A DNA stretch of 64,000 nt from Nitrospirota bacterium (GCA_963751455.1 CAVVUN010000011.1:33361-97360); one strand, 5' to 3'. Shown: positions 48,723 through 59,247, counted from the first letter of the stretch. The notes: generated by a model not told the origin, from the sequence alone. A program made the numbers and translations.

Positions 48723-50420
48723 CTATGGGGCGCGGGGCTTTGTAAGTTGCTCGGCCAGACTCCGGCGAAGTTTGCGGGTTTTGGCGAGGATCTTCTTGCG
48801 GGCCTTTTCGTTCAACGTGAGCACGAGTTCCTGGTGCTCAAGAGGGCTCAAGTAGGCCACATAGCGTTGGTAGAAAATGAGGATCGCCGTGGTCGTCGGA
48901 CGGAGCAAATCCAACGTCCGCGTGCGGGTTTTGGCATTCAGTTCCTCGCGCCCGATTCGGAGGAGATACCATTGGAGCAGGCTATAGGTGAGCAGAACGA
49001 AAACGACCTGATTGACGATCAGGCTGAAATCCCTTGACGTGAACGCCTCCAGGTCGGAAAAGCATTTCAGTTGGCGATGCCGTTCCTCGATCGTGGTACG
49101 CAGGGCGTAGTCCCGGCGGCCGACGGCAGGATCGTCAAGCCGCGCGGTCGAAACGAGCACCCAATAATCCTCATGCCCGTCGGCATACACCTCCTTGTTG
49201 ACGACGGCGTCTAACGGGACCGGGCAGGTTGAGAAGGTCGTCAAAGCATGCACCACGGCGGTTTCGGACCGCAGGAGCGTCTTGTCCGCCGGTCGGGCCG
49301 GCGCCGGGTTCTCGGCCTTCCGTTTCGCCAAGGTGCGCTGTCTCGCCTCCTCGCGTTTTCTTACGCGCTCGGGCCGATGCACCGGAATCGGCTTGCCTTC
49401 CGCAGGAGAAGGCATCCAAGGCTTAAACTCCAATGTTCCTGCTTTGGCCAGCCCCACAACATCGGAGTAGATGTCCATATCACGGCGCACGGGAAGCAGC
49501 ACATCGATTCCGAGCTCTTTTTTACAACGCCCGATCCGGACGCCGTCCAGGAAACCACGATCCAAAATCAGCTTCTTCATGACCCCCTTGCCGTGAGCCT
49601 TCACAAACTGATCGACCAGTTTGTAGAGGATCGGGCTCTCATGCTCCTTGCCGGCCACAACCTTCACGGCGGCGTACAGGAAGAAAGCGCCGGTCCGGTT
49701 GGTGTGGATCAGGCTCACCAACTTGTAGCAGCGACGCCAAGTGCAGCGGGCGCGCTGTTCGGCTGACAGTTTCTTAGGGTCTACCGGATGATTGTGTTCA
49801 TCGAAAAGCATGCGGGAGGAGCCCTCGTAGTTTTCATTGTCCGGCACAAACAGGTACGAGGCATCGCCGATGCATATCCCCTCGGGGTCGAAAGCATGGT
49901 GCTGCTTGAAGATCCCGACGACATCACGATTAAACCAATCCATCAAAAGCGTCTCGTCGGTTCTCTTTGCCGTTTTTCTGAGGTGATCCTGATCGCAGGG
50001 AGTCTGCCGGTCATACTCGTTCTTATTGTTGAATCCGGAGCAACACAGGGTCACGTCCTTCGTGTCGGGGTGGACCGCCTTGTGTCCCATGGCGGGACCA
50101 AAGGCATTAACCATCCCGCCGGAGCGTACCACGTAAGGAAAGGCGTTAAAGCTGTGGACCCCGTGAAAGCGCAGGGAAAGCTCGGCTGCTATATACACCC
50201 ATAAGGGCACGTCGTGTTTCTTGTTCGGGGTCGGGTACGTGGCAGCGAGCTTCTCCAGGACCTTTTTGTCGGTGATGGCTCTGAAAAAATCCGTTTCGCA
50301 CACCTCGGAGACGCCTTCGAGATAGTCGAACTCACCTCGCTGGAACGCCTCGATCACCAGCCGGTCGTTGCGCTCAAGGAGCATCCCCCCGGCCGTCTGC
50401 TCTCCCGTAAGAGCCCTCAA
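48723..50420 (-). CDS. IS4-superfamily DDE transposase
   Basis: GDAS, ILDRGF and Y..R..IEE.HR.LK (YREK-like) motifs. Confidence 0.85.
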   Translation of the reverse strand: MRALTGEQTAGGMLLERNDRLVIEAFQRGEFDYLEGVSEVCETDFFRAITDKKVLEKLAATYPTPNKKHDVPLWVYIAAELSLRFHGVHSFNAFPYVVRSGGMVNAFGPAMGHKAVHPDTKDVTLCCSGFNNKNEYDRQTPCDQDHLRKTAKRTDETLLMDWFNRDVVGIFKQHHAFDPEGICIGDASYLFVPDNENYEGSSRMLFDEHNHPVDPKKLSAEQRARCTWRRCYKLVSLIHTNRTGAFFLYAAVKVVAGKEHESPILYKLVDQFVKAHGKGVMKKLILDRGFLDGVRIGRCKKELGIDVLLPVRRDMDIYSDVVGLAKAGTLEFKPWMPSPAEGKPIPVHRPERVRKREEARQRTLAKRKAENPAPARPADKTLLRSETAVVHALTTFSTCPVPLDAVVNKEVYADGHEDYWVLVSTARLDDPAVGRRDYALRTTIEERHRQLKCFSDLEAFTSRDFSLIVNQVVFVLLTYSLLQWYLLRIGREELNAKTRTRTLDLLRPTTTAILIFYQRYVAYLSPLEHQELVLTLNEKARKKILAKTRKLRRSLAEQLTKPRAP

Positions 50421-50800
50421 GGTTCCATCCGCCTGATACGCTCGATTTGATCGATCGTCGCCAACATCTTTTTGGCGATTGACGCGACCTCTGCACGCGC
50501 GCCGCGAAGACGCTGATACTCCTCGCTCTTCCCGCGCAGTTCCGCAAGCCTCTCGGGAGGGACGGACATAAGCCGGGTCTTCCCTTTGTGGCTCCAGCTT
50601 AGGACCATGCTACGGTGCAACTCTCCCCGCGCACAGGCGCAGGAAGGTTTCCCGCACTTCCTGGCCATTTCGTAGACCGAACCTTTAACGAGAGGGTCAC
50701 GGCCGAATACCGCCTCAATAGATCGTTCCAGGTCTGCAACGAGCCGACGCAGATCCTGACGGAGGCGGCTAAGGGTTTGGGTATCTGTTTTGCTCTGCAT
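50417..50800 (-). CDS. DUF6788-like transposon accessory protein
   Basis: KGS.....KCGKPSC.C..G..H motif; overlaps the transposase start. Confidence 0.75.
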   Translation of the reverse strand: MQSKTDTQTLSRLRQDLRRLVADLERSIEAVFGRDPLVKGSVYEMARKCGKPSCACARGELHRSMVLSWSHKGKTRLMSVPPERLAELRGKSEEYQRLRGARAEVASIAKKMLATIDQIERIRRMEP

Positions 50801-51226
50801 GTTATAGATACTATAGCATACAGATTTGCCTAAGTCCAGAAAAAAAGAAAGGGCTTAAAGAAAAATGAATATCAGGGAGTTACGGAAAGCACTGCTGGCG
50901 GGAGGATCATTACTGCTTTATGCTACTGTCTGAATTGCAGTTCTGCTTTTATTATAATAGCTCCCTTTGTTCAGCATCCAGACATTCCGAGAAAATACAC
51001 TGCACCAATCGCTTTCCGCTGATAGCACCTATGGTCGTGGTCACCGAAATGAATCTACGAATTGCATGCAGCTTGAAACAATATTTTAAAACGTATTTTC
51101 CCCTATAATGAATAAGTCCTTCGAACTTTGGTTGACAACGTCGTAATTCCTCTTGAACATGTACTTCTAAGCATAAAAAAGCGATCGTAAATATTGCTTT
51201 ATACCGCACCTTAGTGAATAAAATAT

Positions 51227-51252
51227 AGACTGGGGTCGTCGGACCCCAGCCT
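51227..51252 (-). terminator. Probable terminator after the VIT gene
   Basis: CTGGGGTC-GTCG-GACCCCAG hairpin with an AT-rich tail. Confidence 0.55.
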
Positions 51253-51266
51253 GTTTGATCTAAATG

Positions 51267-53594
51267 TTACAACGATCCCAGCTTCAGCTTCACCGTGATT
51301 CTCGTTGACTTACCGGCATTCTTCGGGAACTTCCATTTCGAGATCGTGTCGATTATGCATTTCTGGAGTTTGTTCCCTGGTGCACCTGAAAGAACTTTCA
51401 TGCTTTGTATTGTCCCGTCCGGGTTCACTATCAGCTCCAGCCGGAAAGGTTTTTTAGTCCCGCAGCCCACAAGTGTTGCAGTCTGCTGCTCGATTGCTTT
51501 CCTCGCTTCTTCCCTGGACAGTCCTCCGGTTACCAACAGATCCTCGATTGTAGTCTTCTCCGGGGCCGTTTCGTGTGCCGCTGATTTGGCCTTTGGCGAT
51601 GCAGGCCCTTCTGCTTTATTGGCCAGGTACAGCGCCCCCTCTTCAGTATGAGCGAACGGCTTTCTCGCCGATCCTCTCATTGCATATCCCTGCCCTGCAC
51701 CGAGAGCATAATCGGAAATGCCTTCAGGAAGGGGAAGGGGCTGGTGCACGGTGGTTTGTTTCCCTTCTGCGTTTCTCTTCTCGGAATCCACGGCAACAAA
51801 GGAGGTAAAGGCCGTTAGAAGGTTATAGGTGAGACCGAGGTTCGTCACCTCTTTGACACGCTCATCGGTTTTGCGGAGCATGTTGTAATCGGACAGCAGC
51901 ATGATCCGGTGGCGGGCCCAGAGATACTGAAGAGCGCTATTGCCCTTTGCTGGTCCTGCCTTGTCCGGATCGATCGTTTCTTCATACTGCCGGTCTCCGC
52001 CCATGCCGGATACAACGATTTTGCCGCACGGTTCTCCGCGCCATTTGCCGAATACGATTACGGGCCGGTCCGCCAGAATATCGGGAATCGATTTGGGCTC
52101 AACGTCATATACCTCGAAGCCTTTGAACTCCACCTTTACGTTAGTCAGTACAGGCGACTTGATGAGGCTGCGGAAAGCCTCGGCCTTTGCGGGCGCCTGA
52201 TCAGGCTTCGTGATCACGAACGGCTCTCCCATGCCGACATGCGCCATACCCTCGATCAGATGCCGGTTGACCGAAGAGCCGATGCCGAACACGAACATAT
52301 TCGCGTTCCCGAGATTGCTGCGAATAAGATCGAACACCTGTTCCTCGACCGTTACGTAGCCGTCCGTGGCGATCACAATCGTTCTCGAGAAATTTTCAGG
52401 TCCGGGAAGCTTGAGCGCCCGTTCAAGCGCGGGAAGAAGCTCGGTTCCGCCCCCGCCGCGCTGTTGGTCGATGATGTTGATCGCCCGTGTGATGTTCTCC
52501 TGTGTTGCGGGAAGGGACTGCTCCGACAGGACCGAGGAGCCGCCCGCGAACAATACGACATTGAACAGGTCGCTTTGCCGGAGATTGCCGATCAGGTCCT
52601 TCAGAAGCTTCTTAGATATGTCGAGCGGAAAGCCGTGCATCGAACCGGATACGTCGACGATGAAGATGTACTCACGCGGCGGGACCTCAGCAAGCGTAAC
52701 CCGCTTCGGCGGCTGGAGCATCAGGAGAAAGAAGTTTTCTTTCCCGACCTTTGAGAGAAGGAGACCCGACTCGACCTGGTCTCCGGCGAGCTGGTATTTC
52801 AGGATGAAGTCGCGGTTGCCGCCGGACGCTTCTGATTGATCGAGGCTGACCTGCGCGCGGGACTTGGCGTTGTATGTTATCGCTACCTTGTGGGAAGGGG
52901 AGATAAGTTGCCTGATAGGAAGACCGGCATGCAGCGCCACGGAAATATCAAATGCGTACATCGGTGCTTCTCCCTCATGGAGATAGGGGTTATGGACCCA
53001 TTGTTCGGAAGGAGGAGCGGATTCCGTTCTCTGGTTGGAATACCGCGGTCCTACCACTGTGGGGTAGATGAACTCGTACATTCTGTCAACCGGCACAAGA
53101 AGTTCGGTGTAGCTCATCTCGACCTTGATTTCGTCATTGGGCATGATGTTCGCGATGTTCATCTGGAAGACGTTCGGCCGCTGTTGTTCCAAAAGCGAAG
53201 CGCTTTTGCCCTGTTGCTTCGCCTGCTCGTACTCCTGCCGGGCCTCCTCGCGCTTTTTGATCTTCGCATTGATGACGCGCTCTCCGATGGACATTTTCAT
53301 CGCATACACCGCAGCCCTTGTTGATCCGGGAAACACATAAATCGCTTCCAGCGGCCTTTTGCCCGCGTTTTTGTAGACCTGGGTCACCTGCACGTCGGCT
53401 ATCACACCCGAAATGCTTACGGCTGCAGATGTCGACTTGAGCGGAAGCCGGTCCACCTCCGGGTCCTCGCTTTTGACGAAAAAGTAGGGGGACAAAGTGC
53501 GGTCTCCGGTTTCCTCCTCTTGTGCTGTTCCGGTTGCTCCTGCCATAATGCCTGCTGCAATAATCAGTGCCATAAACCATCTAAGCCGTTTCAT
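51267..53594 (-). CDS. Exported VIT + vWA protein with AgmX/TonB-C-like tail
   Basis: Signal peptide, LEAIYVFP..LLEQQRPNVF (VIT), DVSGSM, GGTEL, TDG and WKFP motifs. Confidence 0.9.
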   Translation of the reverse strand: MKRLRWFMALIIAAGIMAGATGTAQEEETGDRTLSPYFFVKSEDPEVDRLPLKSTSAAVSISGVIADVQVTQVYKNAGKRPLEAIYVFPGSTRAAVYAMKMSIGERVINAKIKKREEARQEYEQAKQQGKSASLLEQQRPNVFQMNIANIMPNDEIKVEMSYTELLVPVDRMYEFIYPTVVGPRYSNQRTESAPPSEQWVHNPYLHEGEAPMYAFDISVALHAGLPIRQLISPSHKVAITYNAKSRAQVSLDQSEASGGNRDFILKYQLAGDQVESGLLLSKVGKENFFLLMLQPPKRVTLAEVPPREYIFIVDVSGSMHGFPLDISKKLLKDLIGNLRQSDLFNVVLFAGGSSVLSEQSLPATQENITRAINIIDQQRGGGGTELLPALERALKLPGPENFSRTIVIATDGYVTVEEQVFDLIRSNLGNANMFVFGIGSSVNRHLIEGMAHVGMGEPFVITKPDQAPAKAEAFRSLIKSPVLTNVKVEFKGFEVYDVEPKSIPDILADRPVIVFGKWRGEPCGKIVVSGMGGDRQYEETIDPDKAGPAKGNSALQYLWARHRIMLLSDYNMLRKTDERVKEVTNLGLTYNLLTAFTSFVAVDSEKRNAEGKQTTVHQPLPLPEGISDYALGAGQGYAMRGSARKPFAHTEEGALYLANKAEGPASPKAKSAAHETAPEKTTIEDLLVTGGLSREEARKAIEQQTATLVGCGTKKPFRLELIVNPDGTIQSMKVLSGAPGNKLQKCIIDTISKWKFPKNAGKSTRITVKLKLGSL

Positions 53595-53734
53595 AATGAC
53601 CTCCTTCGGGAATTTGACGTACTGTCAAAATTCTACGTTTGAATCTCTTAATTGCTTTTGCTTTTCAAGGTGTTCGTAACAATAAGCTTGCCTCCCCCCT
53701 GAAAATCGACTAAAAGTAGTGTTGAAGGGAGAGC

Positions 53735-55212
53735 ATGCTCATGTCGAATTCATCGCGTATTGCTCGTTTTATCATCTGGATCTGTTCAAAGTTCACGCGT
53801 GTCGAAATTGAGCAGATCGCCGCCGGTTTATTAGATGTCCTCCAAAATCGTAATCCGGAAGTGAAACCGAAGGACGATTTTAAAGAGAAGCATCCCAACT
53901 ATCGGCAGTTCTCGGTCGATCCCAAGCCGCCGCTCACCGAACCGCCTCTTCAAAAAAAACTTCAGAGACGAAAGATTACAAGCAGCTCTTAGCTCAGTTC
54001 GAGGCGCTTCACGGTAAGCCTCTTGATCCTGTCAAGCGCTGGGACAAATCTCACATGGTCCCGGAACTGATCGTGTGCCCTATCTGCAACGCCCCGCACG
54101 ACTATCTCTACTACAACGACGGCAAGAAAAAATCTCAAATCAGATGCAAGGTCTGCGGCCACCTGTTCCAGGCTAACCGGAGATTCCGTAAAAACGAGAA
54201 GTCAAAATACTTCTGCCCTTACTGCAACCATGCTCTCTTTCTCTGGAAGGCCCGGAAAGAGGTCACGCTCTATAAATGTTGCAACGACGACTGCCAGCAC
54301 CGCGTCCAGGCCCTCGCGAAGCTTAATCCGGCTGAACGGGCATTACAGAAAAAACGAAGCTCGCAGTTCAAGCTCAGCTATCAGTACCGGGAGTATCATT
54401 ATAAGCCTCAGGAGCTTCTGCACTCGGCCCCCGAAGAACCCATCGTCGAGCTTACGAAGATCCATAACTCCGAAAACGTCCTCGGCCTGATCCTCGCCTT
54501 TTATGTCTCCTTCGCCGTTCCAGCAAGGAAAACCGCGGCTATTTTGAAGTCCGTCTTCAATATCAAGGTCTCTTATCAGACGGTCTTGAACTATGCGGCG
54601 GCTGCGGCGTTTTATTGCCACAGCTACAACCTCCAGCATAAAGGCCCAATCGATTCCATCCAGGCGGGCGATGAAACGTATATCAGGGTCCTGGGAAAGC
54701 ATCAGTACGTCTTTTTCTTCATCTCCTCAAAGAACCTGAAAATCACCGCCTACCATGTTGCGGACAACCGGGGAACTCAACCCGCGATCATTGCCATGAA
54801 CGAGGCGATCCGTACCGCAGCCCCCGGCCAGGAGATCATCCTCGTTACCGACGGCAATCCTTCCTACCCAGCCGGCATCCATTTTTTGAATGCTCAGGAG
54901 GGCGATGATCCCGATATCCAGCACCACAAGGTCATCGGCCTCCAAAACCTCGATGCGGAATCAGCGGAGTGAAGGGCGTTTAAGCAGCTCATCGAGCGCT
55001 TAAATAGGACTTATAAGTATCATGTGAGGCCCGCTGCCGGTTTTAACAGCAACAACGGGGCCGTGGTCCTGACCACGCTCTTCGTAACTCATTACAACTT
55101 CCTTCGCCCGCACATGTCGCTGAACTACAAGCCGCCAGTTCAATTGCCGGAGCTTCATGCGATCACCACGCTCCAAGGCAAGTGGGCGAAAATTCTTTCT
55201 CTCGCTGCTTAA
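53735..55212 (+). pseudogene. DDE transposase (IS6-like) with A-run frameshift and in-frame TGA
   Basis: CP.C/C..C Zn motifs, GDETYI, VTDGNPSY, then *RAFKQLIERLNRTYK..HYNFLRPH. CAAAAAAAAC at ~53951. Confidence 0.8.
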
Positions 55213-55921
55213 AAACTCTTGCCTGTATTCTCAAAGAACGATCGATTCGTCGTTAATGGACTGCTATTGCCTGTTGCCTCTTCTTTTGTGACTTCAGACT
55301 TGCTCATTTGCCGTCTGGACTGTCGCCGGTTCGTTTTGCTCGATCATTTCATAGAGCCGCCTGCTGTTTCATAGAAACTTTGACACTATCGAAATTTGCA
55401 ATTTCTGGTCATTTAGACAAGGAGGGGAGGCAAAAAGTTCCTGAAAAAAACAAAGAAAGATCAATTAGGACAAACAGTTCTTCCTGTAAGCCTAAGTAGC
55501 TGCATCTTCTCGAAACTGCTATATTTCACACTAAAATTATGACTTAGCAGCTTAGCTAGAACGTCCTTTATTTTTGTAACCTTCTGTGATATTCTCACCC
55601 TATCAACAAGCCCGAAATCTTCTTGTTTCCTCACCAGTGACAGAACGCAGATTCAGCTAAACAACGAACGACAGCCTCCTGTGAGACCGCAATTTTTAGA
55701 CCGAGGAGCTTAATCATGCCGGTTCCTGACTTCCAATCTTTCTTTAAACCTTTGCTGGATGTTGCCGTGGACGGTAAAGAGCATTCCATGAAAGAGGCGA
55801 GGGAGATCATCGCGAAACGCATGAACATCGCGGAGCAGGATTTGCGGGTGATGCTGCGGAGCGGAACACAGACGAAATTCGACAACCGTCATTGCAGACT
55901 GTTTATGTGTCTGAAATTAGC

Positions 55922-55962
55922 TTGTTTTTTGAATAGGCATGAAATATAATGTATATATACAT
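55922..55962 (+). promoter_or_regulatory. vapBC promoter/operator
   Basis: TTGTTT-17-TATAAT overlapping the palindrome ATGTATATATACAT. Confidence 0.6.
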
Positions 55963-55980
55963 CACATGGGAGGCGGAGCA

Positions 55981-56217
55981 ATGAAGCGCACGCAAATATA
56001 TATCGATGATAAAACTTATGTCAATTTGAAAAAGGAAAGCAGGCTCAAAGGTCTTTCCATATCGGAAATCATCCGGGAGAGCGTGCAAAAAAAGCTGAGC
56101 GGCAGAGTCGATAAGATGCTTCGGGCGACCGACAGCGTAAGCGGTCTCTGGAAGGACAGACGGTTCGACGTTGATGATTTTATTCGCGCCGCGCGCAAGG
56201 ACCGGAAAGCATGGTAG
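55981..56217 (+). CDS. RHH/CopG antitoxin (VapB-like)
   Basis: MKRTQIYID..SISEIIRE..GLWKDR pattern. Confidence 0.85.
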   Translation: MKRTQIYIDDKTYVNLKKESRLKGLSISEIIRESVQKKLSGRVDKMLRATDSVSGLWKDRRFDVDDFIRAARKDRKAW

Positions 56218-56588
56218 TTGCTGATACCGACATTCTCATTTGGATCCTCAGACAAGATCGCGCCCTGGTCGAGCGGTTTAAGGATGCCATCAGAGAAACA
56301 AGCGGGCATGTTTTTATCACTCCTGTACAGGTGGCGGAGATCTATTCCGGCATTCGTCCCAAAGAGAAGGTCAAAGTGGAGACGTTCATCGAATCGCTGA
56401 ATATTCTCGATATCGACAAAAGGACAGGGAAGCTGGCTGGTGAATTTCTTCACGGCTACGGCAAGTCGCATTCGGTCACCATGGCCGACGCGCTCGTCGG
56501 AGCAGCCGCGAAGGTAAATGTTTTTCAACTCTGGACAATGAATAAAAAACATTACCCCATGTTTGAGGACGATGAGTTTTTTGAATAA
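56211..56588 (+). CDS. vapC: PIN domain toxin
   Basis: ADTDILI, AEIYSG, ADALVGA and T.NKKHYP motifs. Confidence 0.9.
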   Translation: MVVADTDILIWILRQDRALVERFKDAIRETSGHVFITPVQVAEIYSGIRPKEKVKVETFIESLNILDIDKRTGKLAGEFLHGYGKSHSVTMADALVGAAAKVNVFQLWTMNKKHYPMFEDDEFFE

Positions 56589-57125
56589 GGCGACGGGAAT
56601 CGATCACGCTGATACTTCTGCTGTAGAAACTCCGGAAGAAACGCTTCAAAAGGCATATTTGAATATCCGGGCCGATCTGGCGTCCGAGATATTGGAACGA
56701 ATCAAAGCAAATTCTCCTCAGTTCTTCGAGCGACTGGTTGTTGACATCATGGTAGCGCTCGGTTATGGCGGTTCTCATGCAGATGCTGGTAAATCCATCG
56801 GTCAAAGCGGCGATGAAGGAATCGACGGAATTATCAATGAAGATCGTCTTGTTGGATGTGATCTATCTGCAGGCTAAAAGATGGGACGGTACTGTGGGGG
56901 CGGCCTGAGATTCAGAAGTTCGTCGGTGCTCTTCATGGGAAAAGAGCAAAGAAGGGAGTCTTCATCTCGTTCAAATCTAGCTCAGTGTGATCTTTTGTCA
57001 GCGTATTGACCAATGCAAACTTAAACTGTTGCTTCAAGCTTTGAGCAACAATGAAACATGGTATGCCTGCGTTTACAACATCAATGCAAATGAAGCGCGG
57101 GTAAAAAATCGGCACGATTAGTCGA

Positions 57126-58148
57126 TCAGTTCTGCTGAACCTGTTTAACGATCCTGATCTCTAGAATAGTTCCTTCCCTTCGAAATTCCCCGGCGTCGAT
57201 ACCCTTCAATTCTCCCAGGGTTTTAAGCCTCTCGATAAACCGGTTTCTGCTTGCGGGGTCCATGGTCACCGTGAGGGACAATGCCCCGTGAGCCGATTCT
57301 TTCCGGCCGATTTTCCCTCCGTGCTCCTTGACCGTATCCTCCACTCGTGCAGCAGCCTGGTCCACATCGGAAACAACAAGTGTTAACATCTGTTTGTCGT
57401 TCATCTCAGCACGATCGGTTGCAGATTTCTTTTTTGCCATGGCTGCTGCCGGGGCTTGGGATGCTGCTCCCTGGCCTGAAAATTCTTTTTCCGGCGCCTG
57501 GTACTGCATGCTATCAAGTGTCCTCTGATCAGTTGACTCTCGTCTCGGAGAAGGTTCGCTTTTCAGCGCTCGTTGCTCCTCTGCGGGTCTCGCTGGTTCG
57601 GGAGCGGGGGCGGGTAGGGGAGGTTTGGGTTTCTCGTATGCCGGTTTCATGTCAAGGGCCTTGTACTCCGGCTTCTGGGGTACATCCTTTTTACGCTGCA
57701 ATGATTCTTCGGGCTTGGCAGCCTTGTCCTCTTTTGCCGTACCCTTGGCCGTGGGCGACGACTCCTGAGAATACGTCTGTACGGGCGCTTCCGGGAAAGG
57801 TTGCTTCGTCTCTTGTGCTACGAAATATACGGTCACGGCAATGAACAGGACGCCGATGGTTTCGAGCGGCAGTTTGATATGGAGAGGGAAGAACAGGCGG
57901 TGGAAGAGTCCTTGTTTCTTCGTCTCTTCCTCCGCACGTACTCTGGCCATGATCTTCTGCGTCATCCATGCAGGCGGTTCGACCTCTTCAACCTTCCCGA
58001 TATGCTCGACGGTCTTCCGCAGCTCCATGACGGCGCTGCTGCAGTCCGGACAGGTTTTAAAATGCTCCTCGACTGAGGCCTTTTCTTGAGGCGAAAGGGT
58101 TTCGTCGATATATTCGGAGAGCTTATGGCGTATGTCGTTATGGTCCAT
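57126..58148 (-). CDS. Zinc-finger anti-sigma factor (zf-HC2, TM, DUF4349-like tail)
   Basis: LSEYID..EEHFKTCPDC and a TM helix; located downstream of the ECF sigma. Confidence 0.88.
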   Translation of the reverse strand: MDHNDIRHKLSEYIDETLSPQEKASVEEHFKTCPDCSSAVMELRKTVEHIGKVEEVEPPAWMTQKIMARVRAEEETKKQGLFHRLFFPLHIKLPLETIGVLFIAVTVYFVAQETKQPFPEAPVQTYSQESSPTAKGTAKEDKAAKPEESLQRKKDVPQKPEYKALDMKPAYEKPKPPLPAPAPEPARPAEEQRALKSEPSPRRESTDQRTLDSMQYQAPEKEFSGQGAASQAPAAAMAKKKSATDRAEMNDKQMLTLVVSDVDQAAARVEDTVKEHGGKIGRKESAHGALSLTVTMDPASRNRFIERLKTLGELKGIDAGEFRREGTILEIRIVKQVQQN

Positions 58149-58179
58149 GTTCGTACCTTGCGTCAAAAACAATATCTTA

Positions 58180-58412
58180 AACCGCGAAGTCGCTAAGGAC
58201 GCGAAGAAATCTTAACTTCTTAAATTCAGGTTATTATTATAAAAACTCAATTCAATGAATTAAAAATCAAGACTTTTAAACCGGTCTCACATGAAGCCAC
58301 AAAGAAATACAGGATTCAAAATTCCGGATTTACGCTTCTCTTTGTGGCTTTGTGTGAAAATCAAGTACTTTAAAGCTTTTAAAACCTTCGCGCTCTTCGC
58401 GTCTTGGCGGTG
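58180..58412. repeat. Nested CGCGAAG / CACAAAG palindromic element between sigma and anti-sigma
   Basis: ACCGCGAAGTCGCTAAGGACGCGAAG...CTTCGCGCTCTTCGCGTCTTGGCGGT with an inner CACATGAAGCCACAAAG/CTTTGTGGCTTTGTGTG. Confidence 0.65.
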
Positions 58413-58421
58413 AAATATTCT

Positions 58422-59069
58422 TTAAAGCATCTCAAGTGCTTTTTTCAGGCACTCCTTTACTGCCTCGCGCGCCCGGAACAGCCGCGATTTGATTGTTCCT
58501 TCTCTTGCCTTGACAGCAACCGCAATCTCTTCATATGTAAAGTCCTGAAGGTCGCGCAAAATTATCACTTCACGGAATTCAGGCTCCAGGGCATCGATGC
58601 ATTTCCTCACCCGGTCGCGTATGTCTTGCGACTCGAGCTTGTCCAGCACTGAAGGTCCGCTCGAAGCCGGCTCGAACTTCAATTGTCCTTCCTCTGTCGC
58701 GATCGGGTCGTCCAGCGAGCCGGCGATTGTTTTTGCATGAGCTGCGATTTGCTTCAGCCGGTTTCGGGCGTGGTTCAACGTGATCGAGGTCATCCACGTT
58801 GTAAATTTTGCCTCTCCCCGGAACGCGGCGATATTTTTCCAGGCTGCTACAAAAGCGTCCTGCACAACCTCGCATGCATCGTCGTAGTCATTGATCATGC
58901 GATACGCAATGTTCAGCATTCGTTTCTGGTGTTTTGCCACGAGCTGTTCAAAGGCATCCACATCGCCGGTACGGGAGCGGGCCGCGAGCGCCATGTCCTC
59001 GTCCGGCGAAGCAGTCCGCCACTGCTCTTGATAATAAGACAACCCGGAAGCAGGATTTGTTCCCTTCAT
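58422..59069 (-). CDS. ECF sigma-70 factor
   Basis: GDVDAFEQLV, FRGEAKFTTW and TYEEIA..GTIKSRLFRAR motifs. Confidence 0.93.
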   Translation of the reverse strand: MKGTNPASGLSYYQEQWRTASPDEDMALAARSRTGDVDAFEQLVAKHQKRMLNIAYRMINDYDDACEVVQDAFVAAWKNIAAFRGEAKFTTWMTSITLNHARNRLKQIAAHAKTIAGSLDDPIATEEGQLKFEPASSGPSVLDKLESQDIRDRVRKCIDALEPEFREVIILRDLQDFTYEEIAVAVKAREGTIKSRLFRAREAVKECLKKALEML

Positions 59070-59247
59070 GATATGTTGATTCTATCCTAAATATTTTAAA
59101 ATTCCACAGAAATTTTACGGATTTTATCCCATGATGCCGTACCACGCTCAGATCCTGTTGCTCCTAATAGGGCCGTTTTTTTAATGGCCTCATAATAATC
59201 TGTACTCTTCTTGAACGTCATTCTGCGAAAGCAGGAATTCGATTCCC

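Larger units (their letters stand above)
48516..50940 (-). mobile_element. Two-gene IS element (DDE transposase + DUF6788-like accessory protein)
   Basis: 16-bp IR CTGCAATTCAGACAGT; flanks TTCTGCTTCT / TTCTGCTTTT (10-bp target duplication with 1 mismatch). Confidence 0.85.
55716..56970 (+). pseudogene. mrr: Second mrr pseudogene interrupted by VapBC and frameshifted
   Basis: MPVPDFQS..TKFDNR, then from ~56590 ETPEE..FFERLVV..GYGGS..GDEGIDGIINEDRL..QAKRW..EIQKFVGAL. Confidence 0.88.

Noticed and set aside
50952-51209. 85-aa minus-strand ORF next to the IS
   Set aside because: AT-rich with no recognisable motif or RBS; possibly a decayed gene.
54970-54972. Selenocysteine TGA in the transposase
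   Set aside because: The position is not Cys-like, no SECIS hairpin is evident, and a nonsense mutation in an IS is more parsimonious.
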